DNA of 64,000 nucleotides from a virus: IMG/VR virus record IMGVR_UViG_3300028653_000010; one strand, 5' to 3'. Shown piece by piece: positions 18,461 to 29,200 of this stretch (position 1 is its first letter; each line of letters starts with the position of its first letter). The notes under the pieces were generated by a model. It saw only the letters and a program-made list of their open reading frames with translations, ran no database searches and was not told where the DNA came from. The position numbers and the translations under genes were made by a program.

Positions 18461-21400
18461 TACATAGCCTGTGCATAGGTGATTGTGAAGTTGCCCAAGG
18501 TGATGAACTCAACACTGGTGGCTGGGATATCATGCGACCCGGAGTCCCCACGAATGACGTAGGAAACCGTGTAGAAGTGATCAGTTGGTAGGTCAGGAAT
18601 AACCCCAAAGCCGGCCAATGAAAAGACTATGTGATTTGCAGTCCTTCTTAGGAGCTCCGCTTGTTGCGTGCTCGAGGTGGTGAAGCCCGCGGCTACCAAG
18701 GTAGCCGTATCAGTGTACCCGTTGATAACGGCCCCTCCCGCTCCAATGATGAATGCTTGCTGAGGGGCGAGAGCTACCTGAGCAAGAGCACCCACCAGTA
18801 GCATAGCCTCGTCATCTTGGAAAACTCCCTTGTGCTCAGTAACAAGGCCACCACCATCCGTCGTTGGGAAAGCAAGTGGATTGGTCAAGAGATAGGCAAC
18901 GTTGCTCCCATGGTCCAATGAGCTGAGGTGCAGATAGGCCGACGTAAGAGACTCACGAAGCTTCCTAGACCCATCTGCGTAGGCCATGCGAGCCAAGGGT
19001 ACCACTGGGAAGTCAACACCCTGGGACTCGTCAATCGCATGAATGACATCACCCTGAGCCAAGCCACGTCCAATGAGCCTCTGATCCGTCTCCAAACTGG
19101 TATTGGTACGAATGTCAGGATCAGCCTTATCCTTCGTGGCCCCTACAAGCAACTGGACCGTGGTCTCAAGGGTGATTGAGTTCTCGATAGCCTGCTTGAT
19201 GATCACATCCGCCGTCGTGTGCCGCTTGCTATTCACCGTCCGCTGAAGCTGTTGCAGCAAGTCATTAATCACATAATTGACTGTGAAGTTCTCGTCGTGT
19301 GAGTAATCCACCGAGACTGTAGCCCCGTTGACAATGTCTGAAGTAGCGGTCCTCAGGATCTTGGCAGGAGTGGTTGCTCCGCCTTCGAGTACCTCATAAT
19401 CCGGAATCGTAGCATCAGGGCCGTCATACTCGATAGACCGATCTGCACTGAATACACGAATACTCTTGGTATTAATGCCAATACTTCCGAGGGGTATTGG
19501 TTGAGCACCAACCAATACGTGATTCTCATTGTTGACTTGGATGCTAGCGCCCGAGGGGATACCACCTACCTGGTTGATTGACAGGTAGTCGGTGGAAATC
19601 GTGCTCTCACCCTCCAACAGAGGATCAGCAGTCTTATAGAGATTGTAGCCTAAGGTGCTGTTCAAAGCACCGGACACCTCTCCAACTACGGACACTACTC
19701 GACGCACAGGCTGAAAGGTGAAGGTGAATTGGTTGACACTTCGGAAACGATAGTCAGCTGTTACAACATCATCGAAGTTGGTGACTACTTGACCAGGGAT
19801 GCTCGCATCTACCTGGAAGGTCTGGTAGTCAATGATGATAACTCCTGTGAGCAAATAATTGAGACCCTGAGTGACGTTACGAACTCCGAACCCAAGAGTG
19901 AGGTTGTCAAGAATCTCTGTGATAGGGGTTGTCGAGGTTACCCGACTATCTTGGACTCGGAAGATGAGGTTGGTGGCGTCCAATACAATGCAGGTGATAT
20001 CCCTCGCGATATCGTAGGTAAATGCAAACCTCTCGGATACCTGACGCTCCTGAGTACCCTGAATCCAAATATCAACCTTGCCACCGATGTGCTTGTGCCT
20101 AACCTCATCGTAATCGCGCATCATCAGCTCGTCGCCGCTCTTGACGATCTTGGACTTAACGATACCTACCTGCTCAGCTGAAGTTGAGGCATACCCTCCG
20201 GCGGTACCAGTATCTACTGAGTAACCTAGCATACATCGAGTTGCTAGGTCTGAATTGCTCTCTCGGTCTGACCCAAAGACAGTAGCGTCGTTGTTAACAA
20301 CCTGAAAACCTGAGACACCCTGAACACTTGTGATCTGCCCAGCAGGTCTATTCCCATCAGACCCCACTGTCTCAGCGATGATGTCTACGGTAATCTCGTA
20401 CTGTTTAGTGTCGAAGTTGTAGTAGGTGTCTGCGATAGCTGCAGACATTAGGTATGACCCACCAACTCGGAACCTCACTGAAGGGATACCGAGAGACGAG
20501 TCAGCATTTGTCGTTACAATCGTACCTGTTGGGATAGGCAGGTCGAACGAGGGGCGGGTCGGAGTGTAGAAAACCTCTTGACCAAAGGCTGGACGCCCTG
20601 GCAACCGAGACTTGTTGATGTTCCCTGCGAGCTTGTCGAAAGCTGAATCAATTAGGCTTTGAACAGCATCGTTTGTTGAGTATCCGAGAGCCGCTTTGAG
20701 GGCAGTCTTGTAGGCGCTACCATCTACCGGATCCGAAACCCCATCACCATTGGCATCATCAATCTGGAGAAGAGTCAGGAAGCTCTGAGTACGATTGACG
20801 AAGTCTATGAGGAAGTAGAGCCTTTCAGCTTCTGAACTGAAAGGGTCGATTGAGACATCTCTCGTGGTTGACCCTGGAATAAGTCCAATTTCAGCATTCA
20901 CCCTTTGGACGGCAGTTACATAGTCAGTAACCACCTGAAACTGAGTGCGACCAGGTAATGATCGTACCGAGGTGTCAATGATCAGTGGACTCCCGAGCAC
21001 CTCTTGAGAGAAAGCGCTCTCTACCTCTGAACTAGTCAGTGGATCAAAGTACACTCCAGTCACGACATAGTAGAGAGGATCGGTATCAGCTACCCCAGAC
21101 CACTGGTCGTCATTGATGCTATCCGGTGTCCCAGAACGAACGTGCTCAAATCCAATGAACTCAGTTAGCGAGTAGTCTTCAAAGGTTGAGGTGAATCGAA
21201 TCTTGTTGCTATAGACCGACGTGTCATACGTCCGATCCAACTTAGTAGCAATAGTGTTTCCGAACTCATCCTTACTAACCACACTGACTGCTAGGAACTG
21301 ATCCCCCGCATCGAATATTGTCTGATCGGAGGCAAACTGATTGGCATTCTCCTCAAAGATCGTGGACTTCGCGGAGACCGTAGTTGCATTAATCTTATAG

Positions 21401-21906
21401 TACCCAGTGGTACCACCAGCTGAGGTTGAGGCGTAGAAGTTGTAACCAACAAAGTTGGTCGGAAGCGGTATTCCTGCAGTACTGAAGCGCTGGACTGGGA
21501 GAGCTGATAGAACCCGAACTGAACCCCTTAGCCTTCGCATGCGGATACCGGAAGGAGTCTCCACTTGGAGTACGTCAGATTGGCTAATGAGGGTCGCCTG
21601 GACTGTAGAAGGGACGCTCACCCCTCCAACAATGTCAATAGTACGGACCTGAATAGTATTGATCCCGGGACTAAGAGCTAGACCATCAGGGTAACTGTTC
21701 AGGTTAGGAATGGTGAAACTTGGGAGGTTGAAGTCAACGAGAGTCGAGTCCGAGACGAAGGCAGCACCATTGATAGATACTTGGATGTCAGAGGTCGAGC
21801 TATCGACCTTACCCTGAATCACAATGGATTCTTGATTAGTCGTGAAAACAAGGTTCGTAGTGTAACCAGAACCATCCCGGAGCAAGATCTGTGGTGCGGT
21901 AGCCAT
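18460..21906 (-). CDS. Baseplate J-like wedge protein (T4 gp6-like), extended to 1148 aa
   Basis: IPGSTTRDV.IDP, AETVGSDGNRPAGQI, GSDRESNSDLATR and GGKVDIWIQG motifs typical of the baseplate J family. Confidence 0.85.
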   Translation of the reverse strand: MATAPQILLRDGSGYTTNLVFTTNQESIVIQGKVDSSTSDIQVSINGAAFVSDSTLVDFNLPSFTIPNLNSYPDGLALSPGINTIQVRTIDIVGGVSVPSTVQATLISQSDVLQVETPSGIRMRRLRGSVRVLSALPVQRFSTAGIPLPTNFVGYNFYASTSAGGTTGYYKINATTVSAKSTIFEENANQFASDQTIFDAGDQFLAVSVVSKDEFGNTIATKLDRTYDTSVYSNKIRFTSTFEDYSLTEFIGFEHVRSGTPDSINDDQWSGVADTDPLYYVVTGVYFDPLTSSEVESAFSQEVLGSPLIIDTSVRSLPGRTQFQVVTDYVTAVQRVNAEIGLIPGSTTRDVSIDPFSSEAERLYFLIDFVNRTQSFLTLLQIDDANGDGVSDPVDGSAYKTALKAALGYSTNDAVQSLIDSAFDKLAGNINKSRLPGRPAFGQEVFYTPTRPSFDLPIPTGTIVTTNADSSLGIPSVRFRVGGSYLMSAAIADTYYNFDTKQYEITVDIIAETVGSDGNRPAGQITSVQGVSGFQVVNNDATVFGSDRESNSDLATRCMLGYSVDTGTAGGYASTSAEQVGIVKSKIVKSGDELMMRDYDEVRHKHIGGKVDIWIQGTQERQVSERFAFTYDIARDITCIVLDATNLIFRVQDSRVTSTTPITEILDNLTLGFGVRNVTQGLNYLLTGVIIIDYQTFQVDASIPGQVVTNFDDVVTADYRFRSVNQFTFTFQPVRRVVSVVGEVSGALNSTLGYNLYKTADPLLEGESTISTDYLSINQVGGIPSGASIQVNNENHVLVGAQPIPLGSIGINTKSIRVFSADRSIEYDGPDATIPDYEVLEGGATTPAKILRTATSDIVNGATVSVDYSHDENFTVNYVINDLLQQLQRTVNSKRHTTADVIIKQAIENSITLETTVQLLVGATKDKADPDIRTNTSLETDQRLIGRGLAQGDVIHAIDESQGVDFPVVPLARMAYADGSRKLRESLTSAYLHLSSLDHGSNVAYLLTNPLAFPTTDGGGLVTEHKGVFQDDEAMLLVGALAQVALAPQQAFIIGAGGAVINGYTDTATLVAAGFTTSSTQQAELLRRTANHIVFSLAGFGVIPDLPTDHFYTVSYVIRGDSGSHDIPATSVEFITLGNFTITYAQAM

Positions 21907-21914
21907 ACTACGCC

Positions 21915-23051
21915 TTATTGAACTAATGAGTACTTTTGTAAGTTGTTGACGATCTCTTGTTGAGCCGTCGCGCCTAGTAGGTTATTTGGGTATGGAAGCC
22001 GCAACCCACGTGTTAGTTGGATTGGTTTCAGGGATCTATTTGAAACTGTGGCAGTAATGAACAGAACTGTCGGGTCATCCTGGCTCTGCTCCAATGCCAC
22101 CCCTTGCAATTGGAACGGGAACTCCTCATCAGAGACAGCTTGACCTACCGTCTCCTCCTGTTGTTTCTTGATGGATTGCCAGCGACCGAAAGCAGTGTTG
22201 ATGTCTGAGATGATTCGATTCTGAAGAATCCCACCAACTACGAGCTTCTCACCAATTTGGTCAATGATTCTAGTACCATACCAGTTGTGGAATGAGTTAG
22301 TACCAGTGATAGTGTAGATGATCTTCTGTAACTCCTGAATCAGGAGTATCTCGTCACGTACTTGATTGACTTCCCCAGTAACACCGTAGCGCCAATCGTT
22401 CTCGATTCCAAGACCACCACACCTACGACACTCTTGACGAACGGTAGTGTAGTTGATCTCCAGGAAGTTGAGATCCGCTTGAAGTGGCTCATCAAAGACA
22501 ATCAAGCGCAGAGGGCGATCCGCTAGAGTGCCTGTCTTATTGACCAGAGCCCACCCAGGGAACACCTTCTTACCATTGAAATGTCGGTTGACTGGGATCC
22601 CGAGTAGCGTTGCCAGGGTACTCGTCGAGTCAAGAAAGGCGGTCGCATCCTTACCAAGTAAGTTGGACCGGAAGAGCATTTTGTTATTTTGAGTGTAGAA
22701 CTGCAGCCCATTCACTCTTGTGTTGATGGATAGTGCCAGGTGATCTGGTTGAATTCGAAGTCCACTCGGAATCCTAACATCCTGCCAAGGATCGTTACCA
22801 ACCCTGAACCTCAACCTATCATTGACCCCAGCTATGATCGTGAAAGGACCAGAACGAGTCCCACCAGACTGCGCCGGAGTTTCAACCCCATAGGAGGGGA
22901 TCTCAGCAACACCATTGGCTCGAACCACAACTGAATTGGATGAGGCGATGGGTCGCAACGGAGTAGCCACCTGCCTGTCCCCACGCATTAGCAGATACTC
23001 TTCAGCTACCAAATGAGTGCATAACTGCTCTAATTGGCGGTCATAGCTCAT
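21915..23051 (-). CDS. gp25-like baseplate wedge / sheath initiator with an extra N-terminal domain and CxxC
   Basis: C-terminal LIQELQKIIYT..GTN.FH.WYGT.I gp25-like motif; CRRC. Confidence 0.7.
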   Translation of the reverse strand: MSYDRQLEQLCTHLVAEEYLLMRGDRQVATPLRPIASSNSVVVRANGVAEIPSYGVETPAQSGGTRSGPFTIIAGVNDRLRFRVGNDPWQDVRIPSGLRIQPDHLALSINTRVNGLQFYTQNNKMLFRSNLLGKDATAFLDSTSTLATLLGIPVNRHFNGKKVFPGWALVNKTGTLADRPLRLIVFDEPLQADLNFLEINYTTVRQECRRCGGLGIENDWRYGVTGEVNQVRDEILLIQELQKIIYTITGTNSFHNWYGTRIIDQIGEKLVVGGILQNRIISDINTAFGRWQSIKKQQEETVGQAVSDEEFPFQLQGVALEQSQDDPTVLFITATVSNRSLKPIQLTRGLRLPYPNNLLGATAQQEIVNNLQKYSLVQ

Positions 23052-23797
23052 GTATTTGACCCTCCACCGGAAGTCGTATAGCCATCGGAGCCGCGCTCGA
23101 ACGATGGCCCATCTGTCGGCGCACGAGTACCACCCTGGTCGTAGGATGACATAGGAGCATGGGTGTACTTACCAAATGGGTCTTGCCCCTTGTCATCCGC
23201 AATAGCACGATAACTAGGATCAATGAACAACTGGTTTACCAGTGCTATGAGATTCTCAAGTGAGCCATCAGAATCAACTGATTTCTTGATAGCGTTGAGT
23301 TCGTTGACCTCATCCTGTAGCTGATCTGAGTAGTCTATGGCCCGCCGAATCTTGCGCTCAATCTTCTCAAGACGATCTAGGTTGCCCTCAGTCCAAGACC
23401 GCATTGAACGAACTGCATTACCAGAGTCACCATCAGATAGCCCTGGAAGAGGTAGAGGCTCACCATTGGAAAGTATCTTTGAGGTGGCTGTCTCGGTCCC
23501 CTTCAGATAGTAAACAGGATCGCTCTTGCTTCGTACTTGCAAGTCATAGAACGGATCCCCACCGAGAACCTCGTAAGCCGAAATGAGCTTGCCAATGTAG
23601 GTAGTAAATCCAGGGGATCCTGTTGAGTAGGATGTTGGTCTCCCTCCTGTATCGTAGGCAAATTGGAGGAATCCAACTCGTTGTTGCTCAATAGCCAAGT
23701 GCTTGATTCTAAAGTCGATATAAACCATCTGACTTCGCACATAAGTAGCGAGTCTGGTGAACTGCGACTTGTTGAAGGTCCCGAGAAAATCGAGCAT
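23048..23797 (-). CDS. Hypothetical baseplate-region protein with a coiled coil
   Basis: 249-aa ORF in the operon; LDRLEKIERKIRRAIDYSDQLQDEVNEL heptads. Confidence 0.65.
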   Translation of the reverse strand: MLDFLGTFNKSQFTRLATYVRSQMVYIDFRIKHLAIEQQRVGFLQFAYDTGGRPTSYSTGSPGFTTYIGKLISAYEVLGGDPFYDLQVRSKSDPVYYLKGTETATSKILSNGEPLPLPGLSDGDSGNAVRSMRSWTEGNLDRLEKIERKIRRAIDYSDQLQDEVNELNAIKKSVDSDGSLENLIALVNQLFIDPSYRAIADDKGQDPFGKYTHAPMSSYDQGGTRAPTDGPSFERGSDGYTTSGGGSNT

Positions 23798-23800
23798 AGT

Positions 23801-23977
23801 TTATCCTACCTTTTTCTCGTGAGGTGCTTCGGCGTACTTATGAAGATACTTGATTGCTGAGGCTAGAATACTAGGAGAGTCCTTAGCAAACCCTATCATT
23901 CTATTGCAGCTACTGCACAGAATACCTCGTATAGCACCGGTACTAGGATGACAAGTAGCCTTCTTTTCGGTTTTCAT
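23801..23977 (-). pseudogene. Internally deleted endonuclease VII-type (HNH) homing endonuclease remnant, 58 aa
   Basis: Hand translation MKTEKKATCHPSTGAIRGILCSSCNRMIGFAKDSPSILASAIKYLHKYAEAPHEKKVG. It has the EndoVII C-terminal TG.IRGILC..CN..IG...D....L..AI.YL motif but lacks the first CxxC and the catalytic DH. Confidence 0.75.
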
Positions 23978-24003
23978 CTAAAACCTTCACCACACCATGA
24001 GCA

Positions 24004-26130
24004 TCAAAAGATAAGCCCGAAGGCTGTCACGAAAGCATCCACGTTAGTTCCAGCATAGGCGAGGCCAACTCCTGCAGAGTACCCGCCAGGACCTGAGGGG
24101 GGTTTCGTACCACCAGCGCTATCGATGGCCTTGATCCAGCCTGGAATACCCTCAGCCGTACTAGGGACATTCAAAAAGTAGAAGCCAGCTGAGAAGCTAT
24201 CAAGAAAATTCAGTATTTCTATTAGGTATTTTATGAATCTCTCTAGTACATCAATCTTCCTGACAACCGCATCGATGTATGACTTGATCTCGTCAACAGC
24301 TGACTTGAAAGCATCCGCAAGAGCATCAATTCGATTGAGTAGGTCGTAGATGAACTGTCCGCTCCAAGGTATGATGTCCCTTAGCAAACTGATGGATACC
24401 CAATCAACAGGTGTACCACCTAAGGTGAATGACTTGATAAAGTTGACAGCAGATAATAGGTTAAGCCTTGTATTCACGTCAGAGTAAGCTGCCGTGTACG
24501 TTGTGTACACGTCTGGGTCATACGTAGCGGGGAACTCACTCGGGATATCGTTGAAAGCCAAAACCATGGCTTGGATTGAAGTGTTGTTCCCCTTAAAGTT
24601 ACCCTCATTGGGGATCTGACGAGGTATTGCCCCTTGATACAAGTCCCTCATCGGAGACAGCATGGCGCTATTCTCAAGAAGAGAAGAACCTACCGTCTGA
24701 GCTAGTTGCGCCGCCGTCAGCTTGACCAATAGATAGTTCTGAGGGACGTCTGGGAAGTCCTTAGTGGTCGGGTCAGCTTCGACAGGGACAGGGAACGACA
24801 AGGGCAGTATCCGGGACATCGCCCCACCAATGTTGGTGAGAGAACCCCTGCCAACTTGGCTAGCCGGAGTGCCATTGATGGGTAGCCCATTCGAGTCGAA
24901 CTTAGAATCAGCATCAAGGGGTAGTTGAAACCCAATAGCGAAAGCCATCTTGAAGGTGGCTTCCAAGACAGCTATCACATCAAAGTTAGCTGGGATATTT
25001 GGAAGCCGACAGGTGAGGATCGGACTTGGGCGCCCCATGACCACCGGGTCGTTCGGGTCCGAGGTTGGCCATCGTTGGATCAGCTCATTGGTGGTGGCGT
25101 CTACTTCAGGATCAGGGAAATCAACAGTACCATCAGAACTGACAACAAGAGGACCACTGAAAGCCCTGATTCTGTAGTAGTAGGTGGTATCCTTGTCGAC
25201 CTCGCTGTCGATGTACCTGAACTTCCCAAGCTGTAAGAGTGAGAAGATTGAGGTAGCAGAACTTGGGTCAATGACGATGTACTTCTCGAACTGCCTGAAC
25301 ACATCCCCTTGTTCATCACGGACAATGACTTCCCGATTAATGGGCTTACCTGTCTTGTCCTCAAAGTTGGTCTCCGCACTCGCTGTCATCGGGATAGGGC
25401 CACCAGAGCGGCTGGTTCTCTCGATGAGCCAGCTCTGCGGTATCAGCTCACTGGAGACACTGGCTACTAGGTCATTGAATCCAGGATCTGGCGGGTACTG
25501 GTTAGTCGCTAGAGTCCACTCCAGAGCAAACCCCTTCAGAGTGGCTCCAAACACTGAGGCCACCTGCAGGATTGGATCAATATTGGTTCCGCCAGTTGCC
25601 CCAGGCTTGGTCCCAGCAGGGAATATACGAGCGTTGGCCGGCGCAGAGTACTTGGCTGCCGCAATCTCTTTCCCGAAGAACCTGAGAAGGATCTTCATCA
25701 GGCGCAACAGTCCAAAGACATTGGTTGCGTCTGCTACAATGAGAATGAAGCCACTCTGCATGCTTCCCGCAAGCGGCTGAGGGCGATAGGGATCCTTGGA
25801 ATCAAACAAAGACGCCTTGAAACGCTCTGTGAATGCTTGATACCCCCCCTTGTATAGGTCGAAGTTTGGGTCTCTCGTTGGGTTGGGTACGTCGAAGTAC
25901 CCGTACAACCCTGTCCGTTTCAAGCTCTCAAACAACTGCTGAATGATAGCTAGGAGGGCAACTACTAACGGACGAATAGGGTTCCCGAAGTCAATCAAGA
26001 ACAAGCTGATCGTGTTGAGGAGAGCCTTGATGATCTCAAGAAACGTGACTAGAACCTCAAGGACCGAACGAACTGACTCCAGTTCTTCCTTCCCTGGGAT
26101 CTTGATTTCTAAGGCCTTCCAGTCTGACAT
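24004..26130 (-). CDS. Hypothetical baseplate-region protein with helical N/C termini and an FnIII-like central domain
   Basis: YIDSEVDKDTTYYYRIRAF FnIII-type strand; amphipathic helices at both ends. Confidence 0.6.
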   Translation of the reverse strand: MSDWKALEIKIPGKEELESVRSVLEVLVTFLEIIKALLNTISLFLIDFGNPIRPLVVALLAIIQQLFESLKRTGLYGYFDVPNPTRDPNFDLYKGGYQAFTERFKASLFDSKDPYRPQPLAGSMQSGFILIVADATNVFGLLRLMKILLRFFGKEIAAAKYSAPANARIFPAGTKPGATGGTNIDPILQVASVFGATLKGFALEWTLATNQYPPDPGFNDLVASVSSELIPQSWLIERTSRSGGPIPMTASAETNFEDKTGKPINREVIVRDEQGDVFRQFEKYIVIDPSSATSIFSLLQLGKFRYIDSEVDKDTTYYYRIRAFSGPLVVSSDGTVDFPDPEVDATTNELIQRWPTSDPNDPVVMGRPSPILTCRLPNIPANFDVIAVLEATFKMAFAIGFQLPLDADSKFDSNGLPINGTPASQVGRGSLTNIGGAMSRILPLSFPVPVEADPTTKDFPDVPQNYLLVKLTAAQLAQTVGSSLLENSAMLSPMRDLYQGAIPRQIPNEGNFKGNNTSIQAMVLAFNDIPSEFPATYDPDVYTTYTAAYSDVNTRLNLLSAVNFIKSFTLGGTPVDWVSISLLRDIIPWSGQFIYDLLNRIDALADAFKSAVDEIKSYIDAVVRKIDVLERFIKYLIEILNFLDSFSAGFYFLNVPSTAEGIPGWIKAIDSAGGTKPPSGPGGYSAGVGLAYAGTNVDAFVTAFGLIF

Positions 26131-26132
26131 GA

Positions 26133-26294
26133 TTAACTTCCGTAGGTGAGACGATCTAGTTTACGCCGTAGGTTAGAGAGTTCTTGCTCAGAAGCAACAG
26201 CCGTCGCCTTCACTGCTGCTTTGAGTTGAGTGACGATTCCGAACTCTTCTTTGTACTTCCACTCAGGAGGTGGATCTTGCTTCTCATCTGGCAT
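26133..26294 (-). CDS. Small hypothetical protein (53 aa)
   Basis: Hand translation MPDEKQDPPPEWKYKEEFGIVTQLKAAVKATAVASEQELSNLRRKLDRLTYGS. TAATG-coupled to the upstream gene; fills the gap exactly. Confidence 0.7.
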   Translation of the reverse strand: MPDEKQDPPPEWKYKEEFGIVTQLKAAVKATAVASEQELSNLRRKLDRLTYGS

Positions 26295-29200
26295 TATTGC
26301 ACCGCCAATAATTTGAGCATTGCGTTTAGAGCGTCCTGCTGAGCCTTGATTCGATTGGCAACCGCCCGTTGCTGCTGAACAAGCAACCCTGTTTGGAAGT
26401 TGATTCTCTCATCAATCCAGACGTACCTTGAGTCATAGAGCTTGTCGGTGCTCAAAAGGACTGACTGGATGAACGAGATAGCATTCACAACTTGGGTCTG
26501 ACGAGCGGTGTCCAAGGTAACTCGACTAGCAATAGTTGTAGGATCAAGCCCATATGCAATTGCATTGGTATCAGGTACAACCGATATGCTAGTTGTGAGT
26601 TGAGAGTACCAGGGCCCAAAGCTATTACTAAAGGCAATGCATTGCTGTAGTATCAAGTACAGAGCCTGAAGGGTTGCCTCAGAGGCTCCGAATACGCTCA
26701 CCACCCTGAAAGTGGTAGCTCCCGGAGGTGGTGCGCTATCGACGATGATGTTGTGAGAGTCAACTAGCTGAGTGATCTTGAAGAACCCAGGACTGACCAC
26801 ATAATCACCAACTTGCACGCCAGATGCTATGAAGTCCACCGAGTTGTCGGTGATAGTACTTCCAGCTACTGTGCCGCTAGTCAGGGCCGGGCTGAGCCTA
26901 TCGGTAGACACGCTTGTGAAATAGTCTTGGATCCTAGTTATCTCGAAACCAACAACACCCCAGAGACTACTCACAGCGTTGATTACCACTGATAGGTCAC
27001 TGAAGGTGTTCAAAGGGTTACAAATGCGATACCCCGATGAGGATAAGCCTGGTGAGAATGAAATATCCAAGGTGAGCTGAGTCTCAGAGTCAACCGATAC
27101 CACCTGGCGCCTCTGGTAAGAAGGACCAAGTTGGGAAGCAACTACTGTGTACCCTGGCTTAACCCCAGAAGAAATGAAGGTGGCTGTCCCATCCGTGAGT
27201 GTGGTACCAGCTGTAGACGCCGACGAGATAGACCCAATGTTGCTTGAGACTGTGATCTCAAAACTGAAACCAGAATCGTCAATCGGGAAAGGAGTCTCAA
27301 CTATTACATAGTTGGGGGTAGCAAATTTAATCACATGGTAGCTGGGGTCAACTACAGGTACGCTACCTGTCAAGATTCGAACTAGATCTCCTGGTTGTGG
27401 TATAGGACTCGGGAAGTTCCCGGTATCCAAGACAACAAATAGGTTTGAGAATAGTGAGCCCACCCCTATAAAAGGCTCTTCAATGTTGGGTGGAGTTAGG
27501 ATACCGCCGGACTGAACATAACCCAACTCAGTGGCTAGTAGGTTAGCGCCTACAGGGTTGCTCTCACAAATAGGGGATGGGTTGATCAGCGGGTAGAGTT
27601 GATCCCCACTATCCGTGAGAGTCTGCCCATACAAGGCTGGGATCTTCTTGGGCGAGGTCAAGGTGTTGCCATAGAAAACAGTCCCTTGGAGGATGTCTCC
27701 ACCGACAGGAGCTTGACCTATTACTGGAATAGGCTGAACGTAGAGCAAGTACCCATTTGTTGTATCAAGAGTGACATCAATCCCAACTCGATAGCTCTTT
27801 GGTGGGTAGGCAGTATCCTGGACGCTGAGGTAAACAGTGGCTCCCGCAGGGACATCAACAGGAAGCGCTGACACCCCAAGGGACGTCGGAGAGACCGAGG
27901 TTATAGTGACTGGTGCTGCATCAGTCACATAGGAGGCATAATAGTTAGCGATATTCACCAACAAGCCAGTGGTGAATGCGGGGCGAGTTGGTGGGCTCGA
28001 GACTTCTGCAGTGGTATCCACATGGAGAGTTGTGTCGCCCGCCTTGGCATCTCTTGTGATCAGAGCTCGCTGGAATCTCCTGAAGAATGTTGGACTAGAC
28101 CCGGTAATGGGCTTAGTTCCAAGATTCATGATGGGGTCTCCCGTGTTAACTCCCTGTAGGATTATCTGGGCAACCGAAGATGCTGTTGGGTAGAATCTAC
28201 TTTGAGTCCCTGACTGATATGCTCGAATAACGTCACCAAAAGCCAAGCTTATGATGTCATCGATCTGATTGTTAGCTGCACTGATACTAGGGGCTGAATT
28301 CCCAGTGGAGCCATCGAACTTGAAGAGGCCGTCATAGTCCCCTACAACTCGACCATCCATCTGTTTAAGAACATCTTCGAGGCAGTTAATGGTGTCATTG
28401 TAGAACTTCAGAGTTGACCGAGCTACGACGTCTTCATTGGCGAACTCGCCCTCGTCAAAGAAAAGAGACTTGTTTCCCTGCTCGAACAACTGTGGTTGTG
28501 AGGTATTGGACACACGCGGTCCACTTGAAGGGGCTGAAGCTTGAGCCTGAGTTTGAAAGTTAACAGCCATCTGACCACGGAAGTTACCCATAGTCTCAAC
28601 CCGCACGTAGAATGAATCTGGTATGTAGGTGGAGGCTGAGTAGGTAAGAATTTGATTCAGAAGCCCATTTTCCTTAGTCGGGACTATCGTGTGCGTGTAG
28701 GAAGAACTGAGTGTGCCGGGTTGAACTATCCTGTGCTTCGTGTAGAATAGTGAAACCTCTTCACTTGGTTGAAGAGCCACAGTGAGGGTAATCTTGCCGG
28801 TGTCGTCAATCTTGAAGTCACCTGGGGAAGCTAAAATCTGGCCAATCTGACCGGATACCTTGCGGTACAAGAGGATGGTATCCAGTAAAGTGACCGGCGG
28901 GGTCGCCACGGGTACAACGGGGGTACCACTCGTCTGAAGATTGACTGTTGTTGACTCGTAGATAGGCCTTACTGAGCGATACAATGTCGCGCTGGAGTAG
29001 AGATACTGCCTGAGGGTTGGCGCAGTCAGAGTGACAGTAGTGGCGTTCGTAGTGGCATTGTAGCTAGACCCCGAGACCAAATAGAAGTCGTTGTATCCAC
29101 CAACGGCAAAATACAGAGATATCCCAGACACATAAACCCCAGAGAGATCAGAACCCGGAATGGTGATCTGATTCATTCCGCGCGAGATGCTGCTGAATAC

